NCBI GenBank assembly: GCA_046570105.1
Contig: JBKHVI010000036.1
Coordinates: 1-29,378 of the forward strand
Length of the DNA stretch: 29,378 nt
Direction: 5' to 3'
Origin: Bacteriovoracia bacterium
GTDB taxonomy: Bacteria > Bdellovibrionota > Bacteriovoracia > Bacteriovoracales > Bacteriovoracaceae
Part shown: one piece after another, positions 7,629 through 16,062 of the stretch
Numbering within the stretch: the stretch's first letter is position 1
Layout of the letters: every line of letters begins with the position of its first letter
Notes under the pieces: generated by a model
What the model was told of the DNA's origin: nothing
Databases searched by the model: none
Seen by the model: only the letters and a program-made list of their open reading frames with translations
Position numbers and translations under genes: made by a program

Positions 7629-8476
7629 TGACCAAGAATGTGAACGAGGCGGACTTCTTGAATATCGCCATCGACACTGTGCTGACGTAAGAAAATATTG
7701 AGTTCATCTTTGATTTTTTCACTCAGCATAGTGCGACCTTCGTCAGTCAATGGAAAGGTCGGAACGACTGGCTCAAGAGTGAGCACCAAATGATCACGCA
7801 TAGAAAACTCTTTGCGCTCAATCCAAGCGCGTGTTGCGCGGTTGGAAGTAATGAGGCTGATATCAATCATCAAGGCCCGTAGTTCATTGATGCCTTGGAT
7901 ATATACCGGCACCTTTACACTGCTAAAGTAAACTTCGCGTGTTTCTTTTTTGTAATAGGAAGGGCGATTATAACCCTCAATTGGAGCAGAGGCAGGAATA
8001 CGTGTTCCAAAAAATTCTTTTTTGAGAATAGTCTTCGTGTTCAGAGCGATTCCAAAAATCGATAGGATCGAAGCTGTTGTAAAAAAGAACAGCAACATAA
8101 AATGCTGGGGTTTGAGACTCTGGGCCCAGATAAACAGAAAAACAAAGGGTGCACTGAGTGCACTGAAAATGGCTTTGAATGGAGTTTGGTCTTTCGACTT
8201 TTTAAAAGCTTTTTGACCGGCATCAATCGCCTGAGCAAGAACACCTTTATAGTCAATTTTGAGTTTAGGTCGACTCTTGAACTCTGCCAGTTTGGCCTTA
8301 AGCCACTGAGGTAAGTTTTTTACAAAGAGAAGAGCTTGCTTGAGATAACTCATAACTCGAGCAAAAAACTTCCGCACCGGTGGTGGGGTTAAGCGAGTCA
8401 ATAGATCAGTAAGTTTGGAGCCAATCCAAAATAACAATCGATTGATGAGATCTTCGAGTTTGTTCAAGAGTTCCAT
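7625..8476 (-). CDS. FliL-like membrane protein with long N-terminal helical extension
   Basis: TM segment FMLLFFFTTASILSIFGIAL followed by a FliL-like C-terminal pattern (LMIDISL...MRDHL...DEGRTMLSEKIKDELN...GDIQEVRLVHIL). Start 8476 chosen from the upstream sigma-28-like promoter; 8506 and 8527 are alternatives. Confidence 0.65.
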   Translation of the reverse strand: MELLNKLEDLINRLLFWIGSKLTDLLTRLTPPPVRKFFARVMSYLKQALLFVKNLPQWLKAKLAEFKSRPKLKIDYKGVLAQAIDAGQKAFKKSKDQTPFKAIFSALSAPFVFLFIWAQSLKPQHFMLLFFFTTASILSIFGIALNTKTILKKEFFGTRIPASAPIEGYNRPSYYKKETREVYFSSVKVPVYIQGINELRALMIDISLITSNRATRAWIERKEFSMRDHLVLTLEPVVPTFPLTDEGRTMLSEKIKDELNIFLRQHSVDGDIQEVRLVHILGH

Positions 8477-8484
8477 CAGTGGAC

Positions 8485-8511
8485 TTATCGGGATTTTGTT
8501 GATCATTCTAA
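8485..8511 (-). promoter_or_regulatory. sigma-28 (FliA)-like promoter
   Basis: TTAG (8511-8508), 15 nt, CCCGATAA (8492-8485), compared with consensus TAAA-N15-GCCGATAA. Confidence 0.55.
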
Positions 8512-8528
8512 AGTGTTTTAAAAACACT
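8512..8528. promoter_or_regulatory. perfect inverted repeat, operator-like
   Basis: AGTGTTTT-A-AAAACACT, directly adjacent to the -35 element of the minus-strand promoter. Confidence 0.4.
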
Positions 8529-8574
8529 CAGACCAAAATGCTCCGGTATTCTTTGCCTAGTGAGTGCTCGTGGC

Positions 8575-8601
8575 TTAGGAGGGAAAACTGGGAGCCGATC
8601 A
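8575..8601 (+). promoter_or_regulatory. sigma-28 (FliA)-like promoter
   Basis: TTAG (8575-8578), 15 nt, GCCGATCA (8594-8601). Confidence 0.55.
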
Positions 8602-8628
8602 GAGAGTTAAGTTTTGGACGGAGGATCC

Positions 8629-9261
8629 ATGAAAACAACTCTACTGCTTTTACTTTCGATTAGTTTTGCTTCGTGTGGTTTTGCGCCATACCGCTCTTAC
8701 TTAACGGAAATGGAAGAAGATGATTCTACCTACTTTCAGCCACGAGTAGACTTTCAAGTTGTTCCTGGGGACACTGGCCGCGATTATCGCAATGCCCGCG
8801 AGTGGCAACGTCGAACACCAGCGAGCGAAACCTCACGTTTTCGTGAACGTGAACAAACGTCATTAAATCAAGAATTAGCGAGCCTCGAGAGTTCTCAAAG
8901 CGAAGGCGCTTTCAATCATTACAAACAACATCGCTCACAATTGGGCTCAACCTCTGAACGTATCTATTTTTTACAGCTCGCAAGTAAGGCCGAGCGTGAA
9001 GAATATCTTGAGGCCCGTGGACTCTCGAAAGCCCCCGAACAGCTCATGCCGCAGGAGCGTTTTTGGGCGACTTCCACCAGTGAAGTTGTGATGGGGATGA
9101 GTAAAGAGGATGTTGAGGCTTCCTGGGGTCGCCCGGTACGTGTTGATGTCGCCGGAAATCCCCGAAATGAGAATGAAAGATGGCTTTATCACCGTGATGG
9201 CGCACCGAAGTATATTTTCTTTGAAGGTGGTGCGGTAGAGGGCTGGACGAGCGGTCGCTAG
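8629..9261 (+). CDS. lipoprotein with C-terminal SmpA/OmlA (BamE-like) domain
   Basis: SD GGAGG before ATG 8629. Lipobox-like SFASC. C-terminal VVMGMSKEDVEASWGRP...ERWLY...YIFFEGGAVEGW. Confidence 0.75.
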   Translation: MKTTLLLLLSISFASCGFAPYRSYLTEMEEDDSTYFQPRVDFQVVPGDTGRDYRNAREWQRRTPASETSRFREREQTSLNQELASLESSQSEGAFNHYKQHRSQLGSTSERIYFLQLASKAEREEYLEARGLSKAPEQLMPQERFWATSTSEVVMGMSKEDVEASWGRPVRVDVAGNPRNENERWLYHRDGAPKYIFFEGGAVEGWTSGR

Positions 9262-9290
9262 GGGACAAACCCCGACCCCCTTGCTAATAT
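9262..9290 (+). promoter_or_regulatory. putative sigma-70 promoter of the accA-yicC-gmk-rel operon
   Basis: GGGACA (9262-9267), 17 nt, TAATAT (9285-9290), with an extended TG at 9282-9283. Confidence 0.45.
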
Positions 9291-9317
9291 GCTGCCAAAG
9301 CATGCCAGGGGAAAACG

Positions 9318-10286
9318 ATGGAATACACTCTCGAATTTGAGAAACCGGTTTTTGAATTAGAAAACCAAATCAGAGAACTGAAAGAATCGTCATCAAAAAT
9401 TGACCTCACCGCCGAAATACAGGCCTTGCAGGCCAAGGTTGATAAACTCATCCGCGAAATTTACAAGAATCTTTCTCCCTGGGAGCGCACATTGTTGTCG
9501 CGCCATCCTGCTCGTCCGCACGCTATCGATTATATCGAAAAGTGCATTACTGACTTTCATGAAATTCATGGCGATCGTCGCTTCTCAGATGATCCATCGA
9601 TGGTTTGTGGCTTTGGTTATCTCGAAGGTCAGCGCGTCGCCGTACTGGGTATCGAGAAAGGTCGTAAGACTCAGGAAAAAATTCGTCGCAACTTCGGTAT
9701 GGCCCAACCCGAAGGCTACCGCAAAGCTTTGCGCTTAATGGAAATGGCATCAACTTTTGGTGTTCCCGTTTTAACTTTTGTTGATACTCCCGGAGCTTAT
9801 CCAGGAATTGGTGCTGAAGAGCGCGGCCAGGCCCAAGCGATTGCTGAAAATTTGGAAAAAATGTTTGGCGTAAAAGTTCCTATCGTCACGGTTGTGATTG
9901 GCGAAGGTGGCTCGGGTGGTGCCTTGGGAATCGCAATCGCCGACCGTGTGTTGATGATGGAATACAGTGTTTACTCAGTTATCTCTCCGGAGTCTTGTGC
10001 TTCTATTTTGTGGAGTGATCCTAAGATGGCAGAGACGGCGGCCAATTCACTTCAGCTTTCTCCTAACATGGCGACTGAGCTTAAAGTTATTGATGGCATC
10101 ATCATTGAGCCGATTGGTGGGGCCCACCGCTATCCTGAATTAGCCATTACGGCCGTTAAAGAAGCGGTCAGCGCAGAGTTTGCTAAACTTAAAAAAATGC
10201 CACTGGATCAAATGCTTGAAGAGCGCTTTGCGAAGTTTCGTCGCATGGGTAACAGTACTATGATCTCAATGAAGGATACTCCATGA
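9318..10286 (+). CDS. accA: acetyl-CoA carboxylase carboxyltransferase alpha subunit
   Basis: LEFEKP, RHPARP, RNFGMAQPEGYRKALRLM, DTPGAYPGIGAEERGQ, GEGGSGGALG, YSVISPESCASILW. Confidence 0.98.
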   Translation: MEYTLEFEKPVFELENQIRELKESSSKIDLTAEIQALQAKVDKLIREIYKNLSPWERTLLSRHPARPHAIDYIEKCITDFHEIHGDRRFSDDPSMVCGFGYLEGQRVAVLGIEKGRKTQEKIRRNFGMAQPEGYRKALRLMEMASTFGVPVLTFVDTPGAYPGIGAEERGQAQAIAENLEKMFGVKVPIVTVVIGEGGSGGALGIAIADRVLMMEYSVYSVISPESCASILWSDPKMAETAANSLQLSPNMATELKVIDGIIIEPIGGAHRYPELAITAVKEAVSAEFAKLKKMPLDQMLEERFAKFRRMGNSTMISMKDTP

Positions 10287-11155
10287 GCGCTTATTCGATG
10301 ACGGGTTTTGGTCGCGGAGAATCTGCGGGGACTCGTTGGAATATTGCGGTAGAAATTAAAACAGTTAACAATCGTTTTAAAGACTTTCGTTTCAAAATGG
10401 GTTCAAGTCTATCTTCACTTGAATTTGATTTGCGCGGACAACTAGAAAAACAATTTAAGCGCGGCACTTTTGATGTGGCCGTGACTTACCAAAAACGTCC
10501 CGATGCTCAAGCAGAATCAAATCTCGATCCTGAGAAAGTGAAATTGTGGCTCAATTCAATCTTGCCATTGATCGAAGGCAAAGTTCCTTTGAGTGTGTCA
10601 CCGACTGATTTTTATCGCCAAGACTTTATGAAAGATGAAGAAGGCGATAAAGGCCAAGAGCTTTCACCTTTGGTGCTCGAAGCTTTTGGTAAAGCCGTTG
10701 AGGCGCTTAAAGTTTCTCGTCGCAATGAAGGCGCATCACTTATTGAAAAACTCAATGAGCATTTAAGCCATTACGAAAAGCTATTGATTAAAAATGAAGA
10801 ATTGAAGGGACTCTATCCCGACATGATGAAAGATAAATTAGTTTCTAAGCTCAATGAACGTATGAAAGAGTTCAAAGTTGATGAAGGTCGCTTGATGCAA
10901 GAAGTGATCTTTTACCTCGAGAAACTAGAAATAGACGAGGAAATCAATCGGGCTAAAATTCACGTGGCTAAGCTTCGCGAGGTGATGAAAAGCTCGGGTG
11001 AAGTGGGCCGTCAAATTGATTTCCTGCTCCAGGAGCTGGGTCGCGAAACCAACACGATGGGGTCGAAATCTGCCCACATGGAAATTTCTCAAAACGTGGT
11101 AGAAATGAAGGTACAGCTCGAAAAAATCCGTGAACAAGCGTTGAATCTGGAATGA
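10283..11155 (+). CDS. yicC: YicC/YloC family endoribonuclease
   Basis: SMTGFGR, EIKTVNNRF, IDEEINR, GRQIDFLLQELGRETNTMGSK, KVQLEKIREQALNLE. Confidence 0.95.
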   Translation: MSAYSMTGFGRGESAGTRWNIAVEIKTVNNRFKDFRFKMGSSLSSLEFDLRGQLEKQFKRGTFDVAVTYQKRPDAQAESNLDPEKVKLWLNSILPLIEGKVPLSVSPTDFYRQDFMKDEEGDKGQELSPLVLEAFGKAVEALKVSRRNEGASLIEKLNEHLSHYEKLLIKNEELKGLYPDMMKDKLVSKLNERMKEFKVDEGRLMQEVIFYLEKLEIDEEINRAKIHVAKLREVMKSSGEVGRQIDFLLQELGRETNTMGSKSAHMEISQNVVEMKVQLEKIREQALNLE

Positions 11156-11739
11156 CCCAATTGGCCCAGTCGAAATCTCGTCTTATTGTTATTTGTGCTC
11201 CATCGGGCACCGGAAAAAGCACGCTCTTAGAACGACTCAAAAAAGACCATCCCGAGTTGCAGTGGTCAGTCTCATGTACCACGCGTCCTATGCGCCCAGG
11301 TGAGCGTGATGGTGTGGATTACCACTATATTGCTCGCGAAGATTTTGAAAAACGTATCTCACAAAATGACTTTATTGAATGGGCCTTGGTTCACTCAAAT
11401 TATTACGGAACTTCTAAAAGTTTTGTCGATCAAGGCATCAATGGTGGCAAAGCCTTGTTGTTTGATCTGGATGTACAAGGTGCCGATGCGATGAAGCGCA
11501 TCTATGGTGACGGCGCCAAAGTTATTTTTATCCGCCCGCCTTCGATTGATGAGTTAGAAAAAAGATTGCGTGGACGTGCCACTGATGCTCAACACGTAAT
11601 TGAAGAGCGTTTGAAAAATGCTCGTGTCGAACTCACTCGTGCAAAAGATTACGACTTCCTTGTCACTAATGATGAAGTAGAGCGCGCTTATGGAGAGTTA
11701 GCCTCAATAGTAGGCAATCTTCTCAAGAAGGCGGCGTAA
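11152..11739 (+). CDS. gmk: guanylate kinase
   Basis: APSGTGKST, SVSCTTRPMRPGERDGVDYHY, NYYGT, DLDVQGA, RLRGRATD. Confidence 0.97.
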   Translation: MTQLAQSKSRLIVICAPSGTGKSTLLERLKKDHPELQWSVSCTTRPMRPGERDGVDYHYIAREDFEKRISQNDFIEWALVHSNYYGTSKSFVDQGINGGKALLFDLDVQGADAMKRIYGDGAKVIFIRPPSIDELEKRLRGRATDAQHVIEERLKNARVELTRAKDYDFLVTNDEVERAYGELASIVGNLLKKAA

Positions 11740-13925
11740 TGTATTCTGAGCGGATAGATTTTTCTCATGAGCCCAATCTTTCAGTTGATGAACTTGTTCG
11801 TCGCTTAGAGGCTTTTAATCCTGAAGCTGATGGCGCCTTACTTAGAAAATGTTACGAATTTGCAGAACTCAAACATATCAAGCAAAAGCGCAGCTCTGGT
11901 GAGCCTTATATTATTCACCCGTTGAACGTTGCGGCCACACTGATCAAACTTAAAATGGACCTTGATAGTGTCATGGCGGGCCTTCTCCACGATGTCGTGG
12001 AAGATTGTGAAGTACCACCAGAAGAGATTGAAAAACTCTTTGGGAAAAACGTCGCCCAAATCGTGGTGGGCTGTACCAAGATTTCTAAAATTAAATTTAA
12101 GAGCAAAGAAGAATCGCAAGCCGAGAACTTTCGTAAGATGGTTGTCGCCATGGCACAAGATCTTCGCGTAATTATCGTAAAGCTCGCCGATCGCATGCAC
12201 AACATGCGGACTCTGCAATACGTTTCGAAAGAAAAGCAGATGGCCAAGGCGCAAGAGACGCTTGATATCTATGTTCCGCTCGCCAGTCGTTTGGGTATTA
12301 ACTCTGTTAAAGGGGACCTAGAAGATTTGTGCTTGCGCTATCTTCATCCTGAAACTTATTACCGCTTAGCTGAAAAAATCAGCATGAAGAAAGCGGAGCG
12401 CGAAGAATACATCAACGACACCATCGCAACGGTACAAGAAAAGTTGATGGAATACAGTGTGATCGCTGATGTCACAGGACGCCCGAAACACTTCTATTCA
12501 ATTTATAAAAAGATGAGTCAGCGTGGAGTTGATTTCGATCAAATCCAAGATTTGTTGGCCTTCAGGATTCTCACGAACAACATCACTGAGTGTTATAAAG
12601 TGCTAGGTGTTATTCACAGTGCTTTTACTCCGGTTCCTGGCCGCTTTAAGGATTACATCGCTATTCCTAAGGTCAACAACTACCAATCACTTCACACCAC
12701 CGTCATTGGACCCAAGGCCGAACGAATTGAAATTCAAATTCGTACCTTCGAGATGCATGAAGTTGCCGAACGTGGTGTGGCGGCTCACTGGAAGTATAAA
12801 GAACGCGACAAAACCGCACCCGCTAACAAGCTCAAGTGGGTTGAAGAACTCATGGAGTTCAACCAAAACGTTACAAGCTCCAGCGAATTCATGGACGTTG
12901 TTAAAAACGATTTGGATGTCGGTGGCATTTTCATTTTCACGCCTGCTGGTGATGTTAAAGAACTTCGTTACGGTGCAACCGCTCTCGATTTTGCTTACTC
13001 AGTCCACACACAAGTGGGTAACCAATGTGTGGGGGCCAAGGTTAACGGAAAGATGGTGCCACTTAAGTATCGCCTGAAGTCAGGTGATACCGTAGAAGTG
13101 CTTACCTCTAAAACCCAAGTGCCGTCGAAAGACTGGCTTAAAATCTGTAAAACTTCTCGTGCGATCACCAAGATTAAGCAGTACTTGCAGAAAGTTGAGC
13201 GCGATAAGCACCGTCAAGACGGTGAAGATATGCTTGATCTCGCTCTCAAGCGCTACAGTACAACGGCGAAGGCCCTTGAGAAGCAAGGCGCCTTTCATGA
13301 AGTGTATGATCACTTCAATATGAAAACGCTTGAAGAGCTTCACGTTCAGATTGGAGCGAAGGCCCATCAGATTCGTGATGTTTTGCCCTTGGTGAAAGGC
13401 ATCGATTATAAAGAAGAGCCGCAAGAAGAAGTTCACAAAGAAACGTATTCAGAGCAAATCATCAGTCGTGCTCGTAAATCGCTTGGCCGTGATAACGCTG
13501 TCATTGTGGACGGACTAGACGATATTCAAGTGCGCATGGGCCGCTGCTGTAATCCCATTCCAGGTGATCCCATTATTGGTTTTATTACCCGTGGCCGTGG
13601 CATTACTGTCCATGCGGTTGGCTGCCATCGTGCTCATGAAGTTGAGAATTCACGTCGTATCGATGTGCAATGGAACCGTGGTTACGCTTTTGCTCACCCT
13701 GTGAATATCCGTGTTATGACCCACGACAAGCCGGGTATCCTTTCTAAAATCTCTAAGACCATCAATAATGCCGGAATCAACATCCGTTCAGCGATGGCGC
13801 GTTCTTTACCTGATCAAAAGGGCAGTTTTGTTTTCGAAGTAGAGGTAAAAGACTACTCAGAACTCCTTAAAACCATCTCTGCGATTGAGCAGATGGAAGA
13901 AGTCATCACCGTTAATCGCGCCTAA
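11739..13925 (+). CDS. rel: bifunctional (p)ppGpp synthetase/hydrolase (long RSH, Rel/SpoT)
   Basis: HD domain (SGEPYIIHP, LLHDVVED, KLADRMHNMRTL), synthetase (GRPKHFYSI, RFKDYIAIPK.NNYQSLHT, EIQIRT), TGS, CCNPIPGD and ACT domains. The RxKD motif fits a bifunctional enzyme. Confidence 0.97.
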   Translation: MYSERIDFSHEPNLSVDELVRRLEAFNPEADGALLRKCYEFAELKHIKQKRSSGEPYIIHPLNVAATLIKLKMDLDSVMAGLLHDVVEDCEVPPEEIEKLFGKNVAQIVVGCTKISKIKFKSKEESQAENFRKMVVAMAQDLRVIIVKLADRMHNMRTLQYVSKEKQMAKAQETLDIYVPLASRLGINSVKGDLEDLCLRYLHPETYYRLAEKISMKKAEREEYINDTIATVQEKLMEYSVIADVTGRPKHFYSIYKKMSQRGVDFDQIQDLLAFRILTNNITECYKVLGVIHSAFTPVPGRFKDYIAIPKVNNYQSLHTTVIGPKAERIEIQIRTFEMHEVAERGVAAHWKYKERDKTAPANKLKWVEELMEFNQNVTSSSEFMDVVKNDLDVGGIFIFTPAGDVKELRYGATALDFAYSVHTQVGNQCVGAKVNGKMVPLKYRLKSGDTVEVLTSKTQVPSKDWLKICKTSRAITKIKQYLQKVERDKHRQDGEDMLDLALKRYSTTAKALEKQGAFHEVYDHFNMKTLEELHVQIGAKAHQIRDVLPLVKGIDYKEEPQEEVHKETYSEQIISRARKSLGRDNAVIVDGLDDIQVRMGRCCNPIPGDPIIGFITRGRGITVHAVGCHRAHEVENSRRIDVQWNRGYAFAHPVNIRVMTHDKPGILSKISKTINNAGINIRSAMARSLPDQKGSFVFEVEVKDYSELLKTISAIEQMEEVITVNRA

Positions 13926-13974
13926 GAGATTCCAAGGATTGACGACGCCCTGATTCATTGACGATGATTAAGGT

Positions 13975-15084
13975 ATGAAAAACTTCATCATCATTGCACT
14001 TATTCTGACCAGTTTTGTCTCTTACTCGCAGGATGCGGCGGTGGAATCAACCATTGCGGCCCCCTATGTAGAAGAAGACCTATCGCCGACAGATCTCGAC
14101 CCTTTGGCAGGCACATCTGCGGATACGGTTGACCCTGCAGTTGAGATGGCAGTAGATGAGGCCAATGCGAAAGAGGAAGTCGAGACGCTCACTCCTGAAG
14201 CGATTGCTCCGGAAGCCATAGCACCTGAAGCCATCACAGAGACTACTCCTGAAGAAGCTCCTATTCCTGAAGTTATCGTTGAAGAAAAACCAATTCCAAG
14301 AAAGACCGACACGGCTTTTGCTGTCCGCGGGATTGCTCCGCAATCAGTTCAAGAGTTAGATGATGACGAAAGCTTCAAGCATCGCAAATCAAACTGGGTT
14401 TCTTCTTTTGGTTTTGAGCATACCCGAGTTGAACTGCCCTATGAATTCCAAGGTGCCAAAAAACAGATCGGTGAAGAAAAGCGCGAATTAATGGGAGCAC
14501 GATTGGGGCTCGGTCGTGATTTCTATGTGGGCTCTGGTTTCATTTTTGGCACACGTCTTGAGGGATACTACCTTGGAACGCTGTTCACTGATGCTCAAAC
14601 GGCCGATCCTGAATTAGATATTGAAGTGGCCGCTACCAAAAAATCGGGCCATATCTTTGGTGCGGATGCCATTGCACACTTAGGTTGGATGTTTGATTTT
14701 AAAACGAAGAATCCATTCTTGGGCGATATGACTTATATGGCATTTGAGTTGTTTGTTGAAGCAGGGATTGGACGTGGCAAAGGTTATAATCGCAAAGAAT
14801 ATTACTTTGATGCCTCACCGGTTACAGACGAAGAATACAGTTTAATTATTGAAGATGATTTTACCTCGCAAGTGATTTCAGCTGGTTTTAACATTCTATC
14901 CACCAGCACTGGGGCTTTTTTATATGTGAAAGGTAGCCAGGTCACTCAAGATATCACCGAGCGCAAATTTCGTGGTATGAGTAGGCTTACTGGTCAAGCC
15001 GAAGTCGATTTGGAAGGAACAGTAAAAAATCCCGATGTCGATCCAATAACGATCGTTTCAATCGGTGGAGGATTTAGATTTTGA
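13975..15084 (+). CDS. predicted outer-membrane beta-barrel protein with acidic Pro-rich N-terminal region
   Basis: Signal peptide, about 110 aa of E/D/P/A-rich low complexity, amphipathic beta-strands and C-terminal SIGGGFRF (aromatic terminal beta-signal). Confidence 0.7.
   Translation: MKNFIIIALILTSFVSYSQDAAVESTIAAPYVEEDLSPTDLDPLAGTSADTVDPAVEMAVDEANAKEEVETLTPEAIAPEAIAPEAITETTPEEAPIPEVIVEEKPIPRKTDTAFAVRGIAPQSVQELDDDESFKHRKSNWVSSFGFEHTRVELPYEFQGAKKQIGEEKRELMGARLGLGRDFYVGSGFIFGTRLEGYYLGTLFTDAQTADPELDIEVAATKKSGHIFGADAIAHLGWMFDFKTKNPFLGDMTYMAFELFVEAGIGRGKGYNRKEYYFDASPVTDEEYSLIIEDDFTSQVISAGFNILSTSTGAFLYVKGSQVTQDITERKFRGMSRLTGQAEVDLEGTVKNPDVDPITIVSIGGGFRF
14194..14238 (+). repeat. 3 x 15-nt coding tandem repeat (PEAIA-PEAIA-PEAIT)
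   Basis: CCTGAAGCGATTGCT CCGGAAGCCATAGCA CCTGAAGCCATCACA; differences are mostly synonymous. Confidence 0.8.
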
Positions 15085-15887
15085 AAAAAACGCTCGCTCT
15101 TGTACTTCTTGTTTTGCTGGGCGCTTGCCGCAAAGAAGAGGGCATCTGGGACAAGCTATCTCCTGCTGAAAGAGCTGCCATTCGAGAAAGAGCGATCAGT
15201 AACTGCCTCTCAGAAACTCGTTCAAAATTTAATTCCTTTAAAGATAACTCTGCTTTAGTTTTTACTTCCGATCGTTGGCAGCGTAACGATGCTTGGAAGC
15301 ATGAATTAAAAAATGGCACGACAGTTGATACCACTCATGACATTCAGGTGTGGAAACAAACGGCGAGTGAACTCTATCTGGTGGTAACACGCACAATTGG
15401 TGCGAATACTCCTGAGACTTATTTCCTGCGAATTTTAGCGGCTGCCAATGATGACATGATCGAAGATCTGCAACTGCAGTATTGTGTCGAGCAGGTCACT
15501 TTGTCAGGATCAAATCCCATGACAGTGGTTGAAGAGTATATTCAAAGTGTTGTGGGTGGGACTCGTGAGTTCACAGATACTTACTTATTCAATACTACTT
15601 ACTTTGCTTATGTTGGTACTGCGTGGAATGTCTCACGCAAGATTGTAGCGAAAGATGCGGACGGTGATGTCACATCAACCACAAATCTAACCAGCGCATT
15701 TACTGCAGTATCAGATCCTGACCCATTGAATACCAATCCGGCAGTCTATGGAACGAAGTATTGCGATATCACCGAACCAGCTGCAGATCCAACTTATCCG
15801 GACCTGCGCTACAAAGTTCCATATGTCGTACCTGAGCCAGCGGCCTGTCCGGTGATTCTTCCTGGTGGATGGGATCTTACGCTTTAA
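15081..15887 (+). CDS. lipoprotein of unknown function (beta-rich, 4 additional Cys)
   Basis: TTG start overlapping the upstream stop (TTGA). MKKTLALVLLVLLGAC lipobox. Confidence 0.8.
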   Translation: MKKTLALVLLVLLGACRKEEGIWDKLSPAERAAIRERAISNCLSETRSKFNSFKDNSALVFTSDRWQRNDAWKHELKNGTTVDTTHDIQVWKQTASELYLVVTRTIGANTPETYFLRILAAANDDMIEDLQLQYCVEQVTLSGSNPMTVVEEYIQSVVGGTREFTDTYLFNTTYFAYVGTAWNVSRKIVAKDADGDVTSTTNLTSAFTAVSDPDPLNTNPAVYGTKYCDITEPAADPTYPDLRYKVPYVVPEPAACPVILPGGWDLTL

Positions 15888-15901
15888 TTGCTAACCTCTA
15901 A

Positions 15902-16061
15902 TTTCAATTTCGCCCGTCTCATCCTGGCGCACAGATCTAATTTAGTAATTAGATTAATGCCAGGATGAACTAATCAATAAATGAAGTATGCACAAGGCGT
16001 CCTCAAGTGATTTTTCTTTTGAAAATCATTTGATGCTTCGGACTTACGGGCGAATTTGAAA
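15902..16061. repeat. palindromic intergenic element with terminal inverted repeats and internal hairpins (MITE-like or structured RNA)
   Basis: TIR TTTCAATTTCGCCCGT (15902-15917) / ACGGGCGAATTTGAAA (16046-16061), 15 of 16 match. Hairpin 15919-15968 and hairpin 16003-16033. Confidence 0.65.
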
Positions 16062-16062
16062 A

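Noticed and set aside
9282..9297. sigma-54-like TGGCAG-N5-TAGCA on the minus strand
   Set aside because: It points antisense into the lipoprotein gene, deviates from TTGC, and overlaps a plausible sigma-70 promoter for accA. Likely chance.
14194..14238. Tandem repeat as a CRISPR array or phase-variation tract
   Set aside because: In-frame coding repeat with synonymous divergence, no spacers and no cas genes.
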